Below are positions 1 through 11,651 of a stretch of DNA of 64,000 nt, piece after piece. This DNA is from Bdellovibrionales bacterium RIFOXYD12_FULL_39_22. Its GTDB lineage: Bacteria; Bdellovibrionota; Bacteriovoracia; Bacteriovoracales; Bacteriovoracaceae. The stretch covers positions 322,787 to 386,786 of the forward strand of contig MEQL01000039.1 of the NCBI GenBank assembly GCA_001770205.1, given 5' to 3'. Every line of letters begins with the position of its first letter. Position 1 is the first letter of the stretch. The notes beneath the pieces were generated by a model. It did no database searches. It was given only the letters and a program-made list of their open reading frames with translations, and had not been told where the DNA came from. The position numbers were made by a program, and so were the translations under genes.

Positions 1-1
1 G

Positions 2-862
2 GCCCTTCCCCAATTAATAAATCCAACCTCCCGGCGGATTCACACAATCTTTAGTCTTAGCACGGCGGCCACCGGAAGACTTAGCTCTCTTCATCCTAAT
101 TTGCAAAATATTCCCGTTCGCACAGAAGAAGGACGAAAAATTCGCAAGGCCTTTATCGCCACTCCAGGAAAGCTTCTTCTCTCCGCCGATTACTCCCAAA
201 TTGAATTGCGTATTCTGGCGCACATGTCTGGTGATCCTAAAATGATACAGGCCTTTGCACACAACGAAGATATACATCGTCAAACCGCCGCAGAAATTTT
301 GGCAATTCCATTGGCCGCGGTGACTAAAGAGGAGCGCTCTCGCGCAAAGGCCGTCAACTTCGGCCTTATGTATGGCCAATCTTCTTTTGGATTAGCGCAA
401 GAATTAGGTATCTCGCGCAATGACGCTAAAGATTACATTATAAAATATTTTGAGCGTTTTGCGGGCGTGAAAACTTATCTTGACTCCCTTCGTGAATTTT
501 GTGAATCCCACGGCCATGCTCAAACCTTACAAGGCCGCAAGCGCTTCATTCCCGAAATTCATTCACAAAACCGCAATATTAAGCTTTTCGGTGAACGCAT
601 GGCCATTAACAGCCCTATTCAAGGAACGGCCGCTGATTTATTAAAAACTGCTATGATTAGGATAGAAGCAGAAATGAATCGCCTTCATATAAAATCTAAA
701 ATGCTTATCCAAGTTCACGATGAATTGATTTTTGAAGTCGAAGAGAGCGAACTTGGACAAATGAAGCAGATCGTTCGTGAAAAAATGGAAAATGCTGCGA
801 CATTAAAAGTACCTCTTAAAGTCGATATGAAAATTGGGGTTAATTGGTTTGATTTAAAATAA
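2..862 (+). CDS. polA: DNA polymerase I, C-terminal polymerase domain (5'-truncated by window)
   Basis: Frame open from base 2 (ALPQLINPTSRRIHTIF...TGRLSS..PNLQNIP); family A motifs ADYSQIELRILAH, AKAVNFGLMYG, QVHDEL. Confidence 0.97.
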   Translation, partial: ALPQLINPTSRRIHTIFSLSTAATGRLSSLHPNLQNIPVRTEEGRKIRKAFIATPGKLLLSADYSQIELRILAHMSGDPKMIQAFAHNEDIHRQTAAEILAIPLAAVTKEERSRAKAVNFGLMYGQSSFGLAQELGISRNDAKDYIIKYFERFAGVKTYLDSLREFCESHGHAQTLQGRKRFIPEIHSQNRNIKLFGERMAINSPIQGTAADLLKTAMIRIEAEMNRLHIKSKMLIQVHDELIFEVEESELGQMKQIVREKMENAATLKVPLKVDMKIGVNWFDLK

Positions 863-878
863 TAACAAGGAGTATGAA

Positions 879-1265
879 ATGAAACAAAGTAAACTAACTA
901 CGGTTGTGAGCATTATTTTCGTTCTTTTGGTTTTCTCGATCATCACTGGTTTTTTCCCTGAGAACTCAACTTTTACTATAAATGGCACAGAAATTAACAA
1001 TCCTATTGTTAATTTCTTTGGTGGAATCGTAGGCCTAATAATTTCCACTGTTGTGCTTTTTTGTGTGGGGATTTTACTTCTTTTTATTTTTTCAGGACTT
1101 GGAGCTATCTTTCTTTCTGTCGGCCTTTTTATTATCGCGTTAATGGCAACTATTGCTCTTCCCTTTTTACTACCGATTATAGCTCCCTTGGCCATCCTTT
1201 TTGCTTTTTTATATTTCCAGCGGAAAAAGAACAAAAACGAACCATCTATTACCAATGCTGCATAA
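879..1265 (+). CDS. Small integral membrane protein, unknown function
   Basis: AAGGAG RBS upstream; about 3-4 hydrophobic segments and a basic C-tail. Confidence 0.75.
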   Translation: MKQSKLTTVVSIIFVLLVFSIITGFFPENSTFTINGTEINNPIVNFFGGIVGLIISTVVLFCVGILLLFIFSGLGAIFLSVGLFIIALMATIALPFLLPIIAPLAILFAFLYFQRKKNKNEPSITNAA

Positions 1266-1378
1266 ATTTATCTGGGTGTTGCCCCCCAATATAAAAAAAT
1301 CCTTTTCTAGATGATCCTGTATTTTCAGGCAATTACCTGTTGTAGATTTATCTTTAGAACTTTCTTTTTTTGTCACCC

Positions 1379-1406
1379 TTGACAATGATCCAAGCCATAT
1401 TAGATT
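1379..1406 (+). promoter_or_regulatory. Putative groESL promoter (TTGACA-N16-TAGATT; overlapping heat-shock-like CTTG...CCATAT)
   Basis: TTGACA 1379-1384 and TAGATT 1401-1406, upstream of the groES RBS. Confidence 0.45.
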
Positions 1407-1464
1407 GTTGCACGCTAAACAAACTAACAACGTCAACAGACTATTTTATAAACTGGAGGTTCAA

Positions 1465-1755
1465 ATGCAAGTACGACCATTACATGACAGAGTTCTAGTT
1501 AAGAGACTAGACGAAGAAACCAAAACCGCAGGCGGAATTATTATTCCTGACACTCACACCGAAAAACCATCTCAGGGCGAAGTTGTTGCCACCGGCAAAG
1601 GAAAAAAACTTGATGATGGCACCATTAGTAAAATGGATGTTAAAGAAGGTGACAGAATTCTTTTTGGCAAATATGCCGGAACAGAGGTGAAAGTTAACGG
1701 CAAAGAACTTCTGATAATGAAAGAAGATGACATCTTGGGAATCATAGAAAAATAG
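1465..1755 (+). CDS. groES: Co-chaperonin GroES
   Basis: [14 protein letters not shown]...[17 protein letters not shown] before ATG 1465. Confidence 0.98.
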   Translation: MQVRPLHDRVLVKRLDEETKTAGGIIIPDTHTEKPSQGEVVATGKGKKLDDGTISKMDVKEGDRILFGKYAGTEVKVNGKELLIMKEDDILGIIEK

Positions 1756-1798
1756 TAAAAAAAATCGATAATCATAATATTAAAAAAATTAGGAGTAA

Positions 1799-3448
<1,650 letters not shown>

Positions 3449-3486
3449 TATCATTGCGCTGGCGCAACTCATTTGTAGATAAATTA

Positions 3487-3522
3487 AAAAAAGAGGGGGG
3501 GCGAATGCCCTCTCTCTTTTTT
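3487..3522 (+). terminator. Intrinsic (probably bidirectional) terminator after groEL
   Basis: AAAAAA-GAGGGGGGGC-GAAT-GCCCTCTCTC-TTTTTT. Confidence 0.85.
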
Positions 3523-3589
3523 ACAGGCCAGGGAAAATCAAAATACCATTTTCTGTTTTATTTCCTATTTTCGCTCTAGATATGTTTTG

Positions 3590-4036
3590 TTAACCATTTC
3601 CCCACTCAAAGCCTCGGCCATTTGTTATAACGTCATCACTTAACCACAGGCCATTGAGATATTCACCGTCAATGAAAACATCATATCTTCCATTGGGAAT
3701 TTGCGGTAAGTTTTCTCCTCGCTGTAAAAGGAAGCTTCCAGAATGTGCACCCACATCTGGCCTACAACTCGCCCTATATAGGGCCGTGCTTATCTCAATT
3801 TTTCCATGAATTTTGCCAATAGGTAGCAGCGTGATAATGCCGACTATTTTTAACTGACACTGCTCCGAGTATTTTTCTATTGTTTTAAAAGTAATGAGCA
3901 TTTTTTTTTGCTTCTGATCAATGAACTTAAAATTTGCGACATAGTGCTCCGAAGTGGCAGTTTGTGCTAGAGTACTCTGATTTGTCGCAAAAATAAAAAT
4001 TACTAGAAAAAAAAAGTAGGATGGTATTAGTTTCAT
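3590..4036 (-). CDS. Exported hypothetical protein
   Basis: AGGAG RBS, N-terminal signal-peptide-like segment, one Cys pair. Confidence 0.7.
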   Translation of the reverse strand: MKLIPSYFFFLVIFIFATNQSTLAQTATSEHYVANFKFIDQKQKKMLITFKTIEKYSEQCQLKIVGIITLLPIGKIHGKIEISTALYRASCRPDVGAHSGSFLLQRGENLPQIPNGRYDVFIDGEYLNGLWLSDDVITNGRGFEWGNG

Positions 4037-4054
4037 AAAAAACTCCTGGATTGA

Positions 4055-4810
4055 TTAATGCTGTTTATCTAACGGAAACAGGCCGATCGTCAGGCAATAT
4101 AGCTCTTTTGCTTCTCCACTTTCAAGGTATTTGCAAATTTTTCTAGCATACTTACCCAACATTTCTTTTGCTTCTGATAACCGTTTAGGATCTATGGCCA
4201 TCGTGATATCACGAAATTCTCGCCGCTCAAGTGGATCATTTTCTATCGACTCTTTGGCCAAATCAAAGACCTGTTTACGATGAGTTCTAATGGCCGCGGA
4301 GGGTATGTCTGATAATGCCGAGACTGGTGGCGTAAGCCGCTTAATTTTATTTTTTTTGGTATCAATAGAGATTAGGCCTAAATTTATCAATCTGGTTATG
4401 GCCGCCTTGGCCTCCATATGCGAAATGCCGAGACGCTCAGCAATCCATTCGCCCGATGCTTTATGGCCTTGAATTGAGGCCATTTCTACTATAGCACTAT
4501 GATACCAGTCGACAATGGCGTTAAACTGGTCCTCTTTCAAGTGTACACGATTAAGCGCTTCTAAATCTCCACGTTTTTTATCATTCAAAAGAGTGGCCGC
4601 CTCGGCCGGCGAAATTGCCAATCGCTCAACTATTTTCTTTACATTTTTGGCAGACAAGGTTCGTTTCATGGCCAGGCAATCTGAAAGCGAGGCGATTCCA
4701 ATTCCTAGAAATTTTCCGTAGGCGCGTAGTGAGTAGGCAGGATTTTTAATTTTCCGCTTAAGATATTCTGTCTCTAAAATTCTTTTAACAATTTCTTCTC
4801 TCATGGCCAC
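4055..4810 (-). CDS. TIGR02147/DUF4423-type HTH regulator-like protein
   Basis: N-terminal KNPAYSLRAYGKFLGI HTH, central WYHSAIVEM..WIAERLGI wHTH, C-terminal AIRTHRKQ..REF..ITMAID..LYCLTIGLFPL. Confidence 0.8.
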   Translation of the reverse strand: MAMREEIVKRILETEYLKRKIKNPAYSLRAYGKFLGIGIASLSDCLAMKRTLSAKNVKKIVERLAISPAEAATLLNDKKRGDLEALNRVHLKEDQFNAIVDWYHSAIVEMASIQGHKASGEWIAERLGISHMEAKAAITRLINLGLISIDTKKNKIKRLTPPVSALSDIPSAAIRTHRKQVFDLAKESIENDPLERREFRDITMAIDPKRLSEAKEMLGKYARKICKYLESGEAKELYCLTIGLFPLDKQH

Positions 4811-4887
4811 TAGATACTATCTAGGGAAAGTGGCGTCAATGGCCTGAAGTGATGTTTATGTGTGTAAATGCTCCGTTTTTTTGTCGG

Positions 4888-4920
4888 ATCAAAATCGGAT
4901 CATAGCGATCCGATTTTGAT
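4888..4920. promoter_or_regulatory. Perfect 14-bp inverted repeat, candidate operator
   Basis: ATCAAAATCGGATC-ATAGC-GATCCGATTTTGAT in the divergent intergenic region. Confidence 0.65.
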
Positions 4921-4986
4921 TGATTGCTCCGAAGGTTTGAAATATAAAGTCGCCGTGCAAACAAACCAACAACAAGGAGATTTGTT

Positions 4987-5439
4987 ATGAAAAATTTTAT
5001 TCTGATTGCAACTACCACCCTTTTGTCCTTTTACTCTTGGGCCGCTGCCGATTCCAATTTAGTTAAGCAATATGCTTGTTCCTTAAATCGCTCAAATTTT
5101 TTGATTATAACAATTATTGACGCTGGATCTAGCCGCCTTGATGTTATGCTACAGACAAAATTTTGGGCCATGGCAAATTTAAATCACATTACGACTCTCA
5201 AAAATGTAGAATTCATTAATTACGGTGACAGCACAATTATTTTATCTGACCTTGACCGTAGTGGATATTTTTTTGCTCACCTTGATGAGCAAGATGGTAG
5301 TGATACCATTTGTGGCCATCTCGACATCAACCTGTTTGGTATCGGCGGGGATCTATCATCCCCAAGCAAAAGCAATGGGATAAATACAGATGGAATGCGC
5401 GAAGTCCATTGTTCTTGGCAATATATTGTTTCACAATAG
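4987..5439 (+). CDS. Exported hypothetical protein
   Basis: AAGGAG RBS; signal peptide ending ..SWA-A. Confidence 0.75.
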   Translation: MKNFILIATTTLLSFYSWAAADSNLVKQYACSLNRSNFLIITIIDAGSSRLDVMLQTKFWAMANLNHITTLKNVEFINYGDSTIILSDLDRSGYFFAHLDEQDGSDTICGHLDINLFGIGGDLSSPSKSNGINTDGMREVHCSWQYIVSQ

Positions 5440-5639
5440 TTGGCATGTGATTTCAAAATGTTTAATTGAGATGCCCACAACTGTGGGCATACTTCGCCTC
5501 TGATAAAATTTCATTTCCCCATTTAACCTCCTATAAACACTCTCTGTGCCATTCTTAAGATAATGTTTTAGCAAACGACTGATATAATTTTGAATTATCA
5601 GAAATCTGCATTTTTTGGTAGACAGCCGAGGAGGGCCTT

Positions 5640-6680
5640 ATGTTTTTAGTCATATTTAGAAAGTTTGTTTTTTGTACTGCTTTATCGCTGCTTCTTTTTT
5701 CTTGTGTGGCAGATGTTAAAATCGGAGACAGCGAGGAGAATCTAGAAAATAACAACGTAAATGACGAAAATCCAGATTATAGAAAGTCACCAGATGAGCG
5801 AATGGTAATTGGCCACCAATATACTAATATTCACAATATTCCGGCCGAATGGATTGTGGCCGCCCAGGCCAATTTACACATCGTTTATAATCATACCTCT
5901 CATGGAAGCCAGCTAATTTCAGGAATGAATGCACTGGAAGGTTTTCCGGCGTTTTCAGGGCAATACTCCTGGGACGATGCCGGCAGAGAAGGTTCGGGCA
6001 TAGATCTGGATGATTTGGGAATTCCTGGCGCCGCAGATTTAAGTCAGGGTGATTCAGAAGACGCTAATGGAGATACTCCTTGGGCAATAGGAGCAAGAAC
6101 CTTACTAAACAATCCTGCAAACTATCATATTAACGTCGTTATGTGGTCATGGTGTAACATAGCAGGACATAATATCCCTCGCTATTTACGAAATATGGAA
6201 AAGTTAATTGCAGAGTACGGAGTCGGAGGAACAAATCCACGATCCGCACAACACCCAGTGGTTTTTGTATTTATGACAGGACATGCTAACAGTGGTGGGC
6301 CCAATGATAGTTCTGATAGTCAAAATCGATTGATTCGAGAGCATGTCGCTGCACATAATCGCGTGCTGTTTGATTTTGCCGATATTGAAAACTATGATCC
6401 CGATGATAACTATTTTCTCTCTTTAAATGTGCAAGATGATCTCGCTTATAATCTTCATGGGGTAGGCGATGCTAACTGGGCCACCGATTATCTGGCGCGC
6501 AATCCAAACTCTGAAGAAGATTTTTTAGTTCATGGAACAGAGGGGTATACTCCAATTAGTAGTTGTGCCCATTCTCCAGAGGCCGGAGGAAATCATGACG
6601 CAAAATTAAATTGTATTCTAAAGGGCAAGGCCGCTTGGTCACTTTTTGCAAGGATTGCAGGATGGGATGGTGTGCCGTGA
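5640..6680 (+). CDS. Lipoprotein of unknown function (YNHTSHGSQ motif; possibly hydrolase-like)
   Basis: GAGGAGG RBS; lipobox LFSC; conserved-looking motifs HTSHGSQ, MWSWC, FMTGH, LFDFADIE. Confidence 0.7.
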   Translation: MFLVIFRKFVFCTALSLLLFSCVADVKIGDSEENLENNNVNDENPDYRKSPDERMVIGHQYTNIHNIPAEWIVAAQANLHIVYNHTSHGSQLISGMNALEGFPAFSGQYSWDDAGREGSGIDLDDLGIPGAADLSQGDSEDANGDTPWAIGARTLLNNPANYHINVVMWSWCNIAGHNIPRYLRNMEKLIAEYGVGGTNPRSAQHPVVFVFMTGHANSGGPNDSSDSQNRLIREHVAAHNRVLFDFADIENYDPDDNYFLSLNVQDDLAYNLHGVGDANWATDYLARNPNSEEDFLVHGTEGYTPISSCAHSPEAGGNHDAKLNCILKGKAAWSLFARIAGWDGVP

Positions 6681-6932
6681 GAAAAAGCAGTTGTTTCCGT
6701 AGTTTTACTTTTAATATGAATTTTAATTCCAAAATCAAATAGGGATTTTTCAAGATCTAAAGTTAACTATGTATATAATATACGACTGTTTTTTTGAGAT
6801 ATTCTAAACCATATTAACATCTGTGGCCTTTAAACTGGCCAAGATCGGTTTGAGGTTTATACAAAAAGATATGTCTTGCGTGCGAATAAATTTAAACTCA
6901 TTGGCAAAACCCCCTTTAAAAAATTAACTTCG

Positions 6933-6961
6933 TTGACCATACATTAAAAAAGGCGTACAAT
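6933..6961 (+). promoter_or_regulatory. Sigma70-type promoter, near-leaderless for the AAA ATPase
   Basis: TTGACC-N17-TACAAT ending 8 nt before ATG 6970. Confidence 0.6.
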
Positions 6962-6969
6962 TTTAAGGC

Positions 6970-8130
6970 ATGATTAAAAGAATGCTAAGACCCTCAAAAT
7001 TAAAGAGTTTTTTCTTATTTGGCGCTCGAGGAACGGGCAAAACGACTCTTTTAAAACAACTTTTTGGCGAAAATGACTGTTTTTATCTCAATTTATTAGA
7101 CACAGAGTATGAAGAAAGACTATCTGCGTCGCCTCAACTCCTAGAGAAAATAATAGACGAAAGTGTTATAAAAAAAAAAATAAAATACATAATTATCGAC
7201 GAAATTCAAAAAGTTCCAAAACTATTAGACATTGTTCATCACCAAGTTGAAGTGAATGGTTTAGTTTTCGCTTTAACAGGGTCATCGGCGCGCAAACTAA
7301 AAAGGGGAGGCGCAAATCTTTTGGCCGGCCGAGCACTTACGAATCATCTTTTCCCATTTACATCAACAGAATTGGGCGATCAGTTTGATCTTAACTCCGC
7401 GCTAGCTTATGGCACCCTTCCCTCGATTTTCAATATGCCGCTTGAACTCCGCGCAGATTATTTGCGATCGTATGCTGAGACATATCTTAAAGAAGAAATT
7501 ATTATCGAGCAGATAATCAGAAAAATTCCACCATTTAGACATTTTTTGCAAGTGGCCGCACAATCAAATACAAAAATAATAAATTATTCTAAAATTGCAA
7601 GGGATGTTAAATCAGATGTTCCTACGGTACAAAACTATTTTCAGATATTAGAAGACACGTTGGTTGGTTTTATGTTGCCAGCATTTGACACATCAGTCAG
7701 GAAGCGTATGCGCAAAGCGCCGAAATTTTATTTCTTTGATTGTGGTGTTCAAAGTGCCCTGTCTAAACTGCTAAACGTAACGCTAGTGCCATCTACATCG
7801 CTATACGGTGAGCGATTCGAACAATTTGTGATCAATGAAATTAGATATCACGCAATATATAAGAAATTAGACTGGGAGTTTTCATATTTTGCGACAAAGG
7901 ATCAATTAGAAATTGATCTCGTAGTTGATCGGCCAGGAATGCCACGGGCGTTTATCGAAATTAAATCGACATCAACCGTCCAAGCAGAACATCTTCGCCA
8001 TCTACACAGAATAAAAAAAGATATACCCAGTGCTGAATATTATGTTTTTTCACAGGACACCATTATTAGAAATGAAGGTGGTATATCATGCTTTCCTTGG
8101 CAACGGGGCCTGCGAGAAATTGGACTTTAA
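6970..8130 (+). CDS. AAA_14 ATPase with C-terminal DUF4143 (PD-(D/E)xK-like) domain
   Basis: GARGTGKT Walker A, IIIDEIQK Walker B, TGSSARKL, KFYFFDCG, EIDLVV..FIEIK. Confidence 0.9.
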   Translation: MIKRMLRPSKLKSFFLFGARGTGKTTLLKQLFGENDCFYLNLLDTEYEERLSASPQLLEKIIDESVIKKKIKYIIIDEIQKVPKLLDIVHHQVEVNGLVFALTGSSARKLKRGGANLLAGRALTNHLFPFTSTELGDQFDLNSALAYGTLPSIFNMPLELRADYLRSYAETYLKEEIIIEQIIRKIPPFRHFLQVAAQSNTKIINYSKIARDVKSDVPTVQNYFQILEDTLVGFMLPAFDTSVRKRMRKAPKFYFFDCGVQSALSKLLNVTLVPSTSLYGERFEQFVINEIRYHAIYKKLDWEFSYFATKDQLEIDLVVDRPGMPRAFIEIKSTSTVQAEHLRHLHRIKKDIPSAEYYVFSQDTIIRNEGGISCFPWQRGLREIGL

Positions 8131-8290
8131 TTGCCAGCGTTGCTCTTATTATTAAGGCCTTTGTTAAAATAAGTGATGTTGGTTTTAAATAATCGGGGGT
8201 TTCGTATATGCTGTCACAGTATATTCGTAATAACATTATTGGTATATCCGCCACCAAATTAGCAAACAACACAATCTCTGTGTTTGGAAT

Positions 8291-8752
8291 AGTAAACTCA
8301 AAAATCAAAAGATTATAATTTGGGCGCACAATTATCATGTTTTAAAAGATTATTCGGAAGTTTCTACAAAATACGACAAAATGAATGTCGGTAATCTAAT
8401 GGGAGAAATTTTATCTAGACGCTTGTCAAAAAAAATGTACTCAATTGGGCTTTGCTCATACTCTGGTAAATTTATGCCCGAAGCCTGTTTTGGAAATTAC
8501 AAGAAAGAACAGGCCGTAAAAAAACCAAACCTAAAAAGTATCAAAAACGCAGTCGCCAAACACAACAACTCATTTGCACTGTTACCGTTAAGGGATGTGT
8601 TGAACGAGCGTAGATTTATTGCTTCGGCGCTGTTTCATAATCATCCACAGAAAGCAATATGGGGACGAATTTATGACGCTATTTTTTTTATAAAAAAGAT
8701 GAAAGGCCTTTCACGATGTTCGGCAGTGGAGCGCCTTCATGAAAAAGTCTAA
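8291..8752 (+). pseudogene. C-terminal remnant of an erythromycin-esterase (EreA/EreB-like) family gene
   Basis: In-frame KIIIWAHNYH upstream of the called ATG, then MGEIL..MYSIG and YDAIFFI; in-frame TAA at 8231 leaves no N-terminal half. Confidence 0.7.
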
Positions 8753-8763
8753 CATATTTATCC

Positions 8764-9645
8764 CTATATTCGGCGTTTTACTTTTAAAGCAAAACGCCGA
8801 GGTGCGGGAAATCCCTCAATGGTAAGAGAGCGATCTTGTGGATTTAAAAAATCATCAAGGGATTGAAATGGCGGCGGACACCAGGCCGTTGTTCGCTGCT
8901 CTTCATTCGTTAACAACGAATCAGAAATTACCTCGATTTCTTTAAACTTTGCCTTATGCGCCCAATTTATCAAGCAAGAAAGAGTGGGAATAAACCAAAC
9001 GTTACGCATGTTCGCATAGCGATCGGGAGGAAAAAGGGCGTGAGGCGCTTCTCCGGGAATGCCGATTGATTCAATAATGGCAACACCACCAGGTTGTAGG
9101 GCACGATTAATGTCTTCTAGTTGCGCAATGGGATGACGATGATGATAGATGATTCCCATTGAAAAAATTAAATCAAATTTTTCTTTAAAATTTTTAAGAT
9201 GCTCAATTCCCCAAGCTTCAAAGGAGGTATTGGGAAGCTTGGCATATTTGTTTAGTAGAGTAAATTGTGCTTGGTAGAGCGGGAATGGATCAATCCCTAA
9301 AAGTAATCGCGGATGTTGTTGGGCCATCTGAAAAAGATAGTGGCCATTGTTGCATCCTATATCCAAAACTGCCTTGTCACAAATCGTCGGTAAATGGCCA
9401 GCAATCCTCTCCCATTTTTTATCTGAGCGCCACTCGGCATCTATAAAAATGTCAAATAAATTAAAGGGCCCCTTTCTCCAGGGAATAAGGTCCTTGCACA
9501 AGGAGTGTAGCAATTCATGTTGAGAGGTAGACAAATCAGTACGCTGGCCAATTTCTACTACGCCACTGTTTATTGTCACCGAAACTTGGGCCTCGTGGGC
9601 CAACTCCGGAAGTTGCGCCAAAATTTGAGAATACTTATTCATCAC
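8764..9645 (-). CDS. cmoB: tRNA U34 carboxymethyltransferase
   Basis: LIPWRKGPF, IDAEWRSDKKW, LDIGCNNG, RYANMRNVWFIP, TIEGFPAP. Confidence 0.95.
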   Translation of the reverse strand: MMNKYSQILAQLPELAHEAQVSVTINSGVVEIGQRTDLSTSQHELLHSLCKDLIPWRKGPFNLFDIFIDAEWRSDKKWERIAGHLPTICDKAVLDIGCNNGHYLFQMAQQHPRLLLGIDPFPLYQAQFTLLNKYAKLPNTSFEAWGIEHLKNFKEKFDLIFSMGIIYHHRHPIAQLEDINRALQPGGVAIIESIGIPGEAPHALFPPDRYANMRNVWFIPTLSCLINWAHKAKFKEIEVISDSLLTNEEQRTTAWCPPPFQSLDDFLNPQDRSLTIEGFPAPRRFALKVKRRI

Positions 9646-10376
9646 TTAATTCCGATAAAGGAAGCGAAATTGTACCAGCGAAAAAGAGTATCGCATTTTA
9701 AAAATCCGGCCTTTCGCAAAAGTTTTAACTGCTGCTCGGTAGTCAGCGGAATTAAAATATCTTCCAAGGCCTGGCGTTTTTGAGCTATGGCCAATTCAGA
9801 ATAACCATTTCTTCTTTTGAAGTCATAGTATAGATCAGTAAAAAGCTCATCTATTTTAGAATTTTTGCATGATATCTTTTCACTCAAAATGAAAATTCCT
9901 CCGGGGAGCAGGGCCTTATAAATTTTCTCCAAGATTTGTGCTCTTTTTTGGGGATCAATAAATTGTAACGTATAGTTCATTATAATAAAGTTGGAGGGTT
10001 CAAGTTCAATGTTTTCAATAGTGCCACATAGTAGTTTGTAGTTTTTAACTCCCAAGCGTTTAAGTTTTTGACGACACTGCTTAATCATGGGAGCAGAGTT
10101 ATCGATACCAATAAAGCGAGGGGCCCTTTTTTGTGATTTAAGGTGTGAGTAGATTAACGAAATCGTGGTTCCCGTCGAACAACCCAGGTCGTAAATTAGG
10201 CCTTCTTTAAAATTAGTTTTATTCAAAATATCTTTAATTATAAAGTGAATTTCATCATAGAAAGGAACAGAACGGGTGACCATATCGTCGAAAACTTGCG
10301 CAACCCCGTTGTTGAATTTAAAATCCCGAACACTCTTAATCTTTTTATCGAAAACTTTATCCACTCTTTTTGCCAT
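9642..10376 (-). CDS. cmoA: Carboxy-S-adenosyl-L-methionine synthase
   Basis: VFDDMVTRSVPFY, YDLGCSTG, YTLQF, FKRRNGYSELAIAQKR; likely start MAKRVDK at 10376; stop overlaps cmoB start. Confidence 0.95.
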   Translation of the reverse strand: MAKRVDKVFDKKIKSVRDFKFNNGVAQVFDDMVTRSVPFYDEIHFIIKDILNKTNFKEGLIYDLGCSTGTTISLIYSHLKSQKRAPRFIGIDNSAPMIKQCRQKLKRLGVKNYKLLCGTIENIELEPSNFIIMNYTLQFIDPQKRAQILEKIYKALLPGGIFILSEKISCKNSKIDELFTDLYYDFKRRNGYSELAIAQKRQALEDILIPLTTEQQLKLLRKAGFLKCDTLFRWYNFASFIGIK

Positions 10377-10502
10377 TAAAAAGTGATAGGGGAAAATGGG
10401 CCAGTTTGCAATAAAAATATTGAATTCTCTTGTTTTGTATACTATGGCTTTTACTCTCAATCTATTAGTAAAGGTGGCCCGCGCTTTAAGGAGAATTAGT
10501 CT

Positions 10503-11636
10503 GTGATATATTTGGATAATGCGGCATCTACCCCCTTGCACCCCGAAGTTCTTTCGATACTGGCCCAGTCACAGTCAACAGACTTTGCCTCCCCCGCCTC
10601 CGCCCATCAGCTTGGACAGAGACTTGATAAAAAAATTACCGAGTATCGCGATTATTTTAAAGGCGCAGTCAACGCAGATCCGGCCAAATATCACTTTATA
10701 TTTACTTCTTCTGCCTCTGAATCAAACACTACCATTATCCGAGGAAATTCTAATTTTTCCAATACACCGGTGGCCCTTTCGCAAGCAGACCATCCTAGTC
10801 TCTGGGAATATTTTAATCACACCAACAACCCAAACGTCTGTTGGATAACATGTCTGGCCGATGGCCGTTATGAGGAAGCGGAATTATTCTCACGGATTAC
10901 CTCCAATACTTCGTTAGTATTACTGTCACAGGTAAATAACTACTGCGGAACTATCCAAGATATTAGTGATCTGGCAACTAAGATTAGAGCGATAAATCCT
11001 CTCGTCCACATTCATGTAGATGCCGTACAGGCGTTTGGTAAAATTAAAATATCGTTAGCTGATAATCTTATTGATTCCATGGCCATCTCTTCACATAAAA
11101 TTGGTGGCCCCAAGGGAGTTGCCGGACTATATTTGGCAAAAAAAGCTAAGATTGCCCCCTTAATTTATGGTGGCGGACAAGAGTTGGGGCTGCGCTCTTC
11201 CACACAGCCTTTTCCTTTGATTGCTGCTTTTGCTCTCGCTGCAAAACTGGCCTTAACAGATTTTAAAAAGCATCAAGCAGAGGCAGGGGCACGCATGCAA
11301 TTTTTACTAGAACAACTATCTAGAGAAATTCCCTCTTTGAAATTTCCCTTTAAAGAATATGCTTCCCCCTACATTTTAACCTTCCTGGTTCCTAAAATAT
11401 CTAGTGATATAATATTGCGCCACTTGGAACAAGTAGAAATTATTCTATCTAGTTCCTCGGCCTGCTCCTCTAAAATTAAGGGATTCAACCCAACTTACCA
11501 TGCTCTAAAAATCGCCGCGGCCGAACATAAATCAGTATTACGTCTTTCTATGTCAACAGAAACTACACAAGACGAAGTACAGAAGTTTGTTGTCAGCTTA
11601 AGTAAAATATTTAAAGATCTGGCCCACCTTTGGTAG
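10503..11636 (+). CDS. Cysteine desulfurase (IscS/NifZ-like), probably dedicated to ThiI
   Basis: IYLDNAAST, HVDAVQ, SSHKIGGPKG (PLP Lys), SSSSACSS catalytic Cys; directly upstream of thiI. Confidence 0.9.
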   Translation: MIYLDNAASTPLHPEVLSILAQSQSTDFASPASAHQLGQRLDKKITEYRDYFKGAVNADPAKYHFIFTSSASESNTTIIRGNSNFSNTPVALSQADHPSLWEYFNHTNNPNVCWITCLADGRYEEAELFSRITSNTSLVLLSQVNNYCGTIQDISDLATKIRAINPLVHIHVDAVQAFGKIKISLADNLIDSMAISSHKIGGPKGVAGLYLAKKAKIAPLIYGGGQELGLRSSTQPFPLIAAFALAAKLALTDFKKHQAEAGARMQFLLEQLSREIPSLKFPFKEYASPYILTFLVPKISSDIILRHLEQVEIILSSSSACSSKIKGFNPTYHALKIAAAEHKSVLRLSMSTETTQDEVQKFVVSLSKIFKDLAHLW

Positions 11637-11651
11637 GCAGGAGTTTAATGC

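Noticed and set aside
1405..1440. Possible CIRCE (HrcA) element upstream of groES
   Set aside because: Only a weak half-site (TTGCACGC); no GAGTGCTAA arm at N9.
8066..8338. 90-aa minus-strand ORF between the ATPase and esterase remnant
   Set aside because: Overlaps both neighbours and has no recognisable motif.
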